DNA from: Rickettsiales bacterium
Lineage (GTDB): Bacteria > Pseudomonadota > Alphaproteobacteria > Rickettsiales > UBA6187
Reading direction: 5' to 3'
Assembly: GCA_028223895.1 (NCBI GenBank)
Contig: JAOIVE010000002.1
Location: forward strand, 1,463 to 65,462
DNA length: 64,000 nt
Position numbers and translations under genes: made by a program
Notes under the pieces: model-generated
Told to the model about the DNA's origin: nothing
Database searches by the model: none
Seen by the model: the letters and a program-made list of their open reading frames with translations, nothing else
In this document: positions 19,786 to 27,261 of the stretch, in pieces
How positions within the stretch are numbered: the stretch's first letter is position 1
Layout: each line of letters starts with the position of its first letter

Positions 19786-20961
19786 ATGTTTTCATATAGA
19801 TTTTTACCTATATTATTTTTGTTAATATCGCTAATTGCAAATGATGCTCAGGCTAACCCAAAATATGCATCACTTGTTATTGATGCTGATACTGGTGTTG
19901 TTTTGCATCAGGAAAATGCTGGAAATTACCGATATCCTGCCTCTTTAACAAAGATGATGACTTTTTATTTAACTTTTCAGGCTCTGGAAAAAAACAAGCT
20001 AAGGATGAATCAGCGTTTAAGGATTTCATCAAGAGCTGCTGCTCAGCCGGCAAGTAAAATGGGCTTGAAAAGAGGAGGCAGGATTACTGTAAGAGATGCT
20101 CTGATAAGTACAATTGTTAAATCGGCGAATGATTCTGCGGTTGTTCTGGCTGAAGCTATTGCAGGAAGCGAATGGCAATTTGCACTGATGATGAACAGAA
20201 TGGCTCGCAGGTTGGGAATGAATCATACTCATTTCCGTAACGCAACAGGATTACATGATCGCAAGCAAAGAACCACTGCTTATGATATGGCGCGCCTTGC
20301 GGTTGCTCTGCGTCGTGATTATCAGAAATATTACTATTTATTTGATAGAACTAAATTTTTCTATAAGGGAAAAACATATTATAGCCATAATAATGTTGCT
20401 AAAAACTATAGAGGTGCTGATGGTTTAAAGACAGGGTATGTAAGAGCTTCTGGATTTAATTTGGTTACAAGCGCCAGAAGAAATGGAAGAAATATAGTTG
20501 GTGTTGTTATGGGTGGAAGATCAACTAAGCGCCGTGACAGACATATGGTTCAGCTATTAGATAGGGCATTTTATAAATTAGCCAGAGCTGAGCCGGTTAG
20601 AAGAAAGGTTTATGCAGGTTTTGTTCCTGTTCCCAAATTAAAGCCTAAAAAATATGATGAGGTTGCATCTTTAGCAGATGATAGTGCTGAAAAAGCTTTT
20701 AGAGAGCCTGATATTTCAAAAGTTCAAGAATCAGGCAGGGTTATTTCTTCTGCGCCAGAGGATGCTTTGTTTATGTCAAAAGAGGATGTGATGGGCTTGG
20801 AATTGATTTCTAAAGAGCCTCCATCTTCTGTAGCAAAGGAAAAAGATGAGGAATACCAAACGCGCTGGAAGCGGGATAAAAAGGGAGAAAAAGTTCCTAT
20901 GCCTTTTTTAAAGCCTGAAGTTTCTATTAGAAAGCCTTTCGGCAGAGTTGCCATAGGTTAG
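19786..20961 (+). CDS. D-alanyl-D-alanine carboxypeptidase (PBP5/6-type, peptidase S11) with long disordered C-terminal region
   Basis: Signal peptide from the ATG at 19786. SxxK (ASLTKMM), SxN (SAND) and KTG (LKTGY) motifs. The last ~120 aa are low-complexity. Confidence 0.88.
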   Translation: MFSYRFLPILFLLISLIANDAQANPKYASLVIDADTGVVLHQENAGNYRYPASLTKMMTFYLTFQALEKNKLRMNQRLRISSRAAAQPASKMGLKRGGRITVRDALISTIVKSANDSAVVLAEAIAGSEWQFALMMNRMARRLGMNHTHFRNATGLHDRKQRTTAYDMARLAVALRRDYQKYYYLFDRTKFFYKGKTYYSHNNVAKNYRGADGLKTGYVRASGFNLVTSARRNGRNIVGVVMGGRSTKRRDRHMVQLLDRAFYKLARAEPVRRKVYAGFVPVPKLKPKKYDEVASLADDSAEKAFREPDISKVQESGRVISSAPEDALFMSKEDVMGLELISKEPPSSVAKEKDEEYQTRWKRDKKGEKVPMPFLKPEVSIRKPFGRVAIG

Positions 20962-21012
20962 TTAAAATTATTTTAAAGTTAAAAAAAAGTCGCCTATCAT
21001 CTTAATAACAAA

Positions 21013-21036
21013 GCCCGAGATGTTTAATCGTCGGGC
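21013..21036. terminator. Hairpin between convergent genes (candidate bidirectional terminator)
   Basis: GCCCGA-N12-TCGGGC stem-loop between the PBP stop and the DAHP synthase stop. The flanking T/A runs are weak. Confidence 0.45.
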
Positions 21037-21075
21037 ATTTGTCGTTAATTTAAGTTTTAATACGCTATATTTAGG

Positions 21076-22449
21076 TTAACTTCCTCTTAGTTCTTCTGCT
21101 AGTAGGAATGCTAGCTCAATACTTTGTGAAGCATTTAATCTTGGATCGCAATGAGTGTGATAACGATCTTTTAAGTTAACTTCAGATATCGCCTGCGCTC
21201 CACCCACGCATTCAGTCACATTCTGGCCTGTCATTTCTATATGGATTCCGCCAGCATAGGTACCTTCAGATTTATGAATGTCAAATACACTCTTAACTTC
21301 TGCAAGTATCTTGTTAAATGGACGAGTCTTGTATCCATTTGGTGATTTTATGGTATTTCCGTGCATAGGATCACTTGACCATATGACATTGCGCCCTTCT
21401 GATTTTACTTTGCGAAGCAATGGAGGTAAAATTTTTCCAACATTGTCAGCGCCCATCCTTGAAATTAAGGTTAGTTTTCCTGCTTCATTTTCTGGATTTA
21501 GAACATCAATGATGCGAATCAGATCATCTGGATTCATAGTTGGGCCAACTTTCATACCCACAGGGTTTATAATTCCGCGCATGAATTCTACATGAGCTTC
21601 GTCAATTGCACGAGTTCTGTCGCCAATCCATAGCATATGGGCGGAGCCACAGAAATATTCATTAGTATGGCGGTTTTTGCGAGTTAATGCCTGCTCATAA
21701 TTTAATAGCAAGCCTTCATGTGAAGTATAAAAATCAGCCTGATTTATCTGGTCAACATTTTCAGGATTCAGGCCAAAAGCTTCCATGAAAGCCAGGCTTT
21801 CTTCAATGCGACCTGCAAGATCCTGAAATAGCTTTTTCTGTGGAGATTCAGTAATAAACTCATTATTCCACTGCGTTACATTTTGTAAAGATGCATATCC
21901 GCCATTAGTCAGCGCTCTTAAATAGTTAAGAGTTGAAGCCGATTGGTTATATGCTTTTATTAATCGTTTTGGGTCAGGAACACGAGATTCATCATCGAAA
22001 TCGATTCCATTAACCATATCTCCGCGATAGCTTGCTCTTTCTTGTCCATCGATAACTTCAGTATCTGCAGAACGAGGTTTGGCAAATTGCCCGGCAATTC
22101 TTCCAACTTTAACAACAGGTTTGCCAGCGCCATACATTAATGCAACAGTCATTTGTAGCATAACACGCAGATATTTGCGTAAATTCGCATCGCTATGCTC
22201 AGCAAAGCTTTCTGCGCAATCTCCGCCTTGCAATAAAAATGCTTTGCCATTTGCAACATCAGCCAGCTTTTTCTTTAGGGAATTTATCTCATGATAATGA
22301 ACCAGCGGAACTTTACCAGCCAGCTCTTCTTCAACTTTCTGTAAAGCTTCTTTGTCAGGATAGTTTGGCTGTTGCTTAATTGGAAGCTTCTTCCAGGAGT
22401 CAATTTGCCATTCTTTATCTTGTTTTTTAGTTTTTGCTTTACTACTCAT
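21076..22449 (-). CDS. 3-deoxy-7-phosphoheptulonate (DAHP) synthase, class II
   Basis: 457 aa. W..KP..QQP.YPD N-terminus, GDCAE, KPRS and DPMHGN motifs typical of plant-like class II DAHP synthases. Confidence 0.93.
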   Translation of the reverse strand: MSSKAKTKKQDKEWQIDSWKKLPIKQQPNYPDKEALQKVEEELAGKVPLVHYHEINSLKKKLADVANGKAFLLQGGDCAESFAEHSDANLRKYLRVMLQMTVALMYGAGKPVVKVGRIAGQFAKPRSADTEVIDGQERASYRGDMVNGIDFDDESRVPDPKRLIKAYNQSASTLNYLRALTNGGYASLQNVTQWNNEFITESPQKKLFQDLAGRIEESLAFMEAFGLNPENVDQINQADFYTSHEGLLLNYEQALTRKNRHTNEYFCGSAHMLWIGDRTRAIDEAHVEFMRGIINPVGMKVGPTMNPDDLIRIIDVLNPENEAGKLTLISRMGADNVGKILPPLLRKVKSEGRNVIWSSDPMHGNTIKSPNGYKTRPFNKILAEVKSVFDIHKSEGTYAGGIHIEMTGQNVTECVGGAQAISEVNLKDRYHTHCDPRLNASQSIELAFLLAEELRGS

Positions 22450-22527
22450 TATTCCTCGCTAATCTACTTATTCCTTTTATAGGCGGTGAGAATCTACTAC
22501 TTTTATTTTAGTTTTGGAAGGTTTTTA

Positions 22528-23376
22528 ATGATAAAAAAGACAAATAAGATTGTATTTCAGGGTGTTCACGGTGCTCATTCGGACTTGGCTTGCCGAAAAG
22601 CATTCCCTTATATGGAGACAATAGCGGTTAATTCTTTTGATAAAGCAATGAAAATGGTTGAGGATGCAGAGGCAGATTTATGCATGATTCCTATTGAAAA
22701 TTCTCAAGCCGGCAGGGTTGCTGAAATACATAATCTTTTGCCAGAGACTAATTTGCATATAGTTGGAGAATATTTTCAGCGTATTGAGCATCATTTAATG
22801 GCGCCAAAAGGTGCAGATATAAAAAAAATTAATAAAGTTTTTTCTCACCCGCAAGCTCTTATGCAATGTCGTAAAAATATTAATCAATTAGGTTATGAAA
22901 CTGAGGCTTTTTATAATACGGCAGGAGCAGCTGAACATGTTGCAAAGTTAAATGATCCAAGTAATGCCGCTTTGGCATCAGAACTTGCGGCAGAATTATA
23001 TGGCCTTGAGATACTTAAAAAAGATATGCAAGATGCCGATGATAATATAACAGTTTTTGTTGCAATGTCAGCAGAGCCTGCCGATGTGGATTATAATCCA
23101 AAATCTAAGGAAAAAATAATTACCAGTATTTTATTTACGGCAAGAAACATTCCCGCAGCTCTTTATAAATCTTTAGGTGGTTTTGCAACAAATCATGTTA
23201 ACCTATTGAAAATAGAAAGTTATATTCCTGCAGGGTCGTCGAAGACTGCGCAGTTTTTTATAAATTTTGAAGGGCATCCGCAAAAGAAATCTGTTCAGTT
23301 GGCGCTTGAAGAGTTGGGATTTTTCAGTAAGAAAATTAAAGTATTAGGTGTTTTTCCAGCATCAGAAGACAGGTGA
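22528..23376 (+). CDS. pheA: Prephenate dehydratase
   Basis: ATG at 22528 (the track start 22486 adds an unlikely leader). GVHGAHSDLA, IPIENSQAGRV, and a C-terminal ACT-like TSILFTARNIPAALYKSLGGFA. Confidence 0.9.
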   Translation: MIKKTNKIVFQGVHGAHSDLACRKAFPYMETIAVNSFDKAMKMVEDAEADLCMIPIENSQAGRVAEIHNLLPETNLHIVGEYFQRIEHHLMAPKGADIKKINKVFSHPQALMQCRKNINQLGYETEAFYNTAGAAEHVAKLNDPSNAALASELAAELYGLEILKKDMQDADDNITVFVAMSAEPADVDYNPKSKEKIITSILFTARNIPAALYKSLGGFATNHVNLLKIESYIPAGSSKTAQFFINFEGHPQKKSVQLALEELGFFSKKIKVLGVFPASEDR

Positions 23377-23379
23377 ATA

Positions 23380-24540
23380 TTAAAGTGATTTAATTATATT
23401 GCTATATGATTCCCGGCATTTTTTTAGCTCGGAAATTAGCTTTGTCCTGTCATTTTCTATTATAGTTTTCTGGATGGTTTTTACCTCTTGCATGATTAAT
23501 TGCCGGAATGTTTCAACCTGATTCCAATCTATGTTGGAATAGTCGTATAATAATGTTGATGTGGAGTCTTTATATCCACTGCCTGCAAATAGATTTATAT
23601 ATTCAGGTTTGCTGCCAAGATATGCCATTGCAACGCTCGATGCTATGCAAATTAATGTGGCTTTGGAAGGTGATGATATAGTTTGAGGTAAAAATTCATT
23701 CCCCTCCATTGTTCTTCGTGGTTTTGTGCTATAACCTATTAGCTCATTTGTTGATATATCAAGAAGATTTGTTATTTGCTCATTCAGGTTGTTTTTATTG
23801 TATAATAAAATGTCAGCCCACATATCAGGCGAAGATCCTGCTATTCTGAGTGATCTTTTTATAAGCTCTTTCTCCTGATCGCCAATTTCTTTAGGGACAA
23901 GCTTTTTCTCATATATTATTTTTGCTGCACAATATGTGAAAAACTGTGGCAGGTGAGAATAGGTCATATATAGATGGTCATGGGTTTGCGCGCCAATAAA
24001 ATATGTGGTGCAGGATTTTCCAGCCTTTTCCCATAAATTAACTATTTTTTTTACAGATTTGTTTTTTTCATCTGCCTCATCAACGGTTATAAAGACTTTT
24101 TTATCGTCGAAAAGTTCGGCATATCCAGCTTCAACTCCAGTTTTTTCAGATCCTGCTATTGGATGGGCTGGAACAAAATTTTCAAATTGCTGGTGAGTTA
24201 AATTTTCCTTAGCGTCATTTATTGTACATTGTTTTACTGATCCGACATCGCTGATAATTGTGCCTTTTTTTAAATGTGGACTAATTTCTTTGAAGATTTG
24301 TCTGTAGGTGCTAAGTGGAGTACATATTATAACTATGTCTGACTTATTAACTGCTTCTTGTAAATCAGTGGTACCTTTGTCAATAATACCCAATTCCAAT
24401 GCTTTTGTAATAGCCTGATCCTGGTGGTTATAGCCAATAACTTTCCTGGCAATTTTTTGCCTTTTTATCGCGCGTGCCAAAGAGCTTCCTATTAAGCCAA
24501 GTCCGATTATTGATATATTGCCAAATGGTCTGCCAAACAA
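23380..24540 (-). CDS. tyrA: Prephenate/arogenate dehydrogenase
   Basis: Rossmann GLGLIGSSLARA at the N-terminus, HPIAGSE catalytic motif, SSPDMWADILLYN. Longer than typical TyrA at the C-terminus. Confidence 0.85.
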   Translation of the reverse strand: MFGRPFGNISIIGLGLIGSSLARAIKRQKIARKVIGYNHQDQAITKALELGIIDKGTTDLQEAVNKSDIVIICTPLSTYRQIFKEISPHLKKGTIISDVGSVKQCTINDAKENLTHQQFENFVPAHPIAGSEKTGVEAGYAELFDDKKVFITVDEADEKNKSVKKIVNLWEKAGKSCTTYFIGAQTHDHLYMTYSHLPQFFTYCAAKIIYEKKLVPKEIGDQEKELIKRSLRIAGSSPDMWADILLYNKNNLNEQITNLLDISTNELIGYSTKPRRTMEGNEFLPQTISSPSKATLICIASSVAMAYLGSKPEYINLFAGSGYKDSTSTLLYDYSNIDWNQVETFRQLIMQEVKTIQKTIIENDRTKLISELKKCRESYSNIIKSL

Positions 24541-24659
24541 AATAAAACCTCAAAATTATATGAGCATTACATGCTAACATATCTTAAAAAAGATTAGGAG
24601 AAAAAAAACGTGAGTAAAAATTACTAAGATGTTACAATAGGTTATGTTTAGGGGGAGAT

Positions 24660-25418
24660 ATGAAAAAATATAATGATTTTTCCAAAGGTTTTTCGCTATT
24701 AGAGTTATCTATCGTTTTGGTTGTTATCGGGCTTTTATTTGGTGGTATATTGGCAGGTAAGTCACTTGCAAGAAATGCTGCTATTAAGTCCATGATATCT
24801 GAGGTGAATAACTTAAAGTCAGCAATTGGCCAGTTTAAATTGATTTATAAGGGGCTGCCTGGTGATATTACAAATGCTACGGGTGTTAATGGCTATTGGT
24901 CATCTGGAACGATGAATGGCGATGGTGATGGCCAAATAGATATAGAAACCAGTAATGAGCCTTTTGCAGCTTTAGATCAGCTGAATCTTGCTAATTTATT
25001 ATCTTCTGTATATGCAGGAACCTGGGGCAGTGGTTTTGTTCTTGGCGCAGCTTCTGGCGATAATGTGATTAGCTCAAAATTGCCGCAGGCTGGAATATAT
25101 GCAAGATGTTGCAGCACAACCGATTATTCAAGAAGTTTAGATTTTAAAAATCATGTAAATGTTTTTGCTGTATATACTGGTGATGCTACAAGAAGGATGG
25201 GTGTTGTAAGTCCGGTTGAGGCATATTCTATTGATGTAAAAATGGATGATGGAAATCCGGATTTGGGTTTTGTAGGAGGAAGTGGTTCATGGACAGGCGC
25301 TGCATATGCGGCAACTGATTGCTATACAAATACCGGTTCAAGTGCTACATATGATACAGCAGTTGCAAATAAGAAAAATCTTTTAGGGTGTCAGATGCAT
25401 TTTGCCTATGATTGGTAG
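24660..25418 (+). CDS. Type IV pilin / pseudopilin-like protein (prepilin-type N-terminal methylation domain)
   Basis: A GGGGGAG SD precedes the ATG. Leader MKKYNDFSKG|FSLLELSIVLVVIGLL with Glu at +5. C-terminal Cys pair (DCYTN...LLGC). Confidence 0.85.
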   Translation: MKKYNDFSKGFSLLELSIVLVVIGLLFGGILAGKSLARNAAIKSMISEVNNLKSAIGQFKLIYKGLPGDITNATGVNGYWSSGTMNGDGDGQIDIETSNEPFAALDQLNLANLLSSVYAGTWGSGFVLGAASGDNVISSKLPQAGIYARCCSTTDYSRSLDFKNHVNVFAVYTGDATRRMGVVSPVEAYSIDVKMDDGNPDLGFVGGSGSWTGAAYAATDCYTNTGSSATYDTAVANKKNLLGCQMHFAYDW

Positions 25419-25471
25419 ACTATTAATAGCTTTTCTGCTATTTGTCTTTCGATTATTTAGAAAAGAGAGCT

Positions 25472-26065
25472 ATGTTTACTGGTATAATCACAGATATAGG
25501 TACAATTATTTCCGTTGATGGCGATGGAGATATTTCCTTAAAAATTAAAACTAAATATGATGTTGATAATATAGATATTGGGGCATCTATAGCATGTTCT
25601 GGTGTTTGTCTTACGGTTGTGGATAAGTCTGAGGATAATTTTGTGGTTAATGTTTCAGCAGAAACTTTGTCATGCACTAATGTTGGTCAGTGGGAAAAAG
25701 GTAGTAAGATAAATTTGGAGCGTGCATTATCGGTGGGTGATGAGCTTGGCGGCCATATAGTTTCCGGGCATGTTGATGCTTTGGCAGAAGTTATATTAAT
25801 AGAAGAAATAGGTGATTCTCATAAAATTGGCTTTAAAGTTCCGGATAATTTAAAGCAATATATAGCAGCAAAGGGTTCTATTACTTTAGATGGGGTTTCT
25901 TTAACAGTTAATGCTGTGGATGATAATGTTTTTTATGTGAATATTATTCCGCATACATTTAAGGAAACAACTTTCAGCCTTTTGGCTATTGGTTCAAAAG
26001 TAAATCTGGAAATTGATGTTTTAGCGCGCTATGTTGCTCGCATGAGAGAAGTTGCAGGAAATTAA
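25472..26065 (+). CDS. ribE: Riboflavin synthase (alpha chain)
   Basis: ATG at 25472 gives the canonical MFTGII.DIG start. Duplicated lumazine-binding halves (GASIACSGVCLTV / GSITLDGVSLTV). Confidence 0.94.
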   Translation: MFTGIITDIGTIISVDGDGDISLKIKTKYDVDNIDIGASIACSGVCLTVVDKSEDNFVVNVSAETLSCTNVGQWEKGSKINLERALSVGDELGGHIVSGHVDALAEVILIEEIGDSHKIGFKVPDNLKQYIAAKGSITLDGVSLTVNAVDDNVFYVNIIPHTFKETTFSLLAIGSKVNLEIDVLARYVARMREVAGN

Positions 26066-27171
26066 TGACTTATAAAAAATATTTATCAAAGATCGAAGAT
26101 ATTATTGATGATGCATTTCATGGCAGGATGTTTATTCTTGTTGATGATGAAAGTCGTGAAAATGAAGGCGATTTGGTAATTCCTGCAGAAATGGCCGACG
26201 CAAAGGCCATAAATTTCATGGCAAAATATGGTCGAGGGTTGATTTGTCTGCCTCTTACATCAGATCGTATACGCCAGTTGGGTCTTCCGCCAATGGCGCA
26301 ACATAATAGCTGTCGTCATCAAACTGCTTTTACTGTGTCTATTGAAGCAAGGGAAGGCGTGACTACCGGAATATCAGCAGCGGACAGGGCAACAACCATT
26401 GCTGTTGCAATAAATGAGCAGAAATCTGCTCAAAATATAGTTTCTCCCGGTCATGTATTTCCTTTGGAGGCAAGAGATGGTGGTGTTTTGGTAAGGGCAG
26501 GGCATACGGAAGCTGCAGTTGATATATCGCGTATGGCAGGATTAAAGCCAGCGGGAGTTATTTGTGAAATCATGAATGATGATGGAACGATGGCACGCTT
26601 GCCTGATTTGGTTAAGTTTGCTAAGGAGCATGATTTAAAAATAGCAACAATTGCCGATTTAATTGCATATCGCCGTAAACATGAGAAATTAGTTGAGAGA
26701 ACTCTGACAACCAAGCTTTCGAGCCGTTATGGTGGAGAGTTTGATATGCATGTATATATAAATAAAATTGAATATGCCGAGCATGTTGCCCTGGTTAAGG
26801 GTGATATAGGTGGAAAATCTCCAACTATGGTAAGAATGCATGTATTGGATGTTATGTCTGATGTTTTAGGCGATAATAATAAATATCAAGACAGCGTTTT
26901 GCAGCGTTCTATGCAGATGATTTCAGAAAATGGCAGTGGAGTTGTGGTATTGCTGCGTGAGCCTAACCGCCATAGTCTTTCTGAAATAGTTAAATTACAT
27001 CTTGGCGATAATTCAGGATCTTCCAATAGGTTGCGTGATTACGGAATCGGCGCGCAAATACTACTTGATTTAGGCGTTAGGGACATGAATTTACTGACAA
27101 ACTCTCCTCGTCCTGTCGTTGGTCTTGATGGCTATGGACTATCTATAAAAAGCACAATTTCCGTTAAATAG
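26065..27171 (+). CDS. ribBA: 3,4-dihydroxy-2-butanone-4-phosphate synthase fused to a GTP-cyclohydrolase-II-like domain that lacks the zinc cysteines (RibBX-type)
   Basis: The RibB half is intact (DDESRENEGDLV, GHTEAAVD). The C-terminal half keeps RDYGIGAQILLDLGV. Where GCH-II carries its Cys zinc ligands it reads MVRMHVLDVMSDVLGDNNKYQDS. Confidence 0.88.
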   Translation: MTYKKYLSKIEDIIDDAFHGRMFILVDDESRENEGDLVIPAEMADAKAINFMAKYGRGLICLPLTSDRIRQLGLPPMAQHNSCRHQTAFTVSIEAREGVTTGISAADRATTIAVAINEQKSAQNIVSPGHVFPLEARDGGVLVRAGHTEAAVDISRMAGLKPAGVICEIMNDDGTMARLPDLVKFAKEHDLKIATIADLIAYRRKHEKLVERTLTTKLSSRYGGEFDMHVYINKIEYAEHVALVKGDIGGKSPTMVRMHVLDVMSDVLGDNNKYQDSVLQRSMQMISENGSGVVVLLREPNRHSLSEIVKLHLGDNSGSSNRLRDYGIGAQILLDLGVRDMNLLTNSPRPVVGLDGYGLSIKSTISVK

Positions 27172-27179
27172 TTAATTTT

Positions 27180-27208
27180 TTAACCTTTTGTAATAAAATG
27201 GTAATAAT
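27180..27208 (+). promoter_or_regulatory. Promoter candidate upstream of the 940-aa ORF
   Basis: TTAACC-N17-AATAAT. Shares ACCTTTTGTA...GTACATA blocks with the promoter region at 30113. Confidence 0.4.
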
Positions 27209-27261
27209 TATAGTACATAATTATCCTTGGATTATATAGAATTTATTTTTAAGGAAGTATT

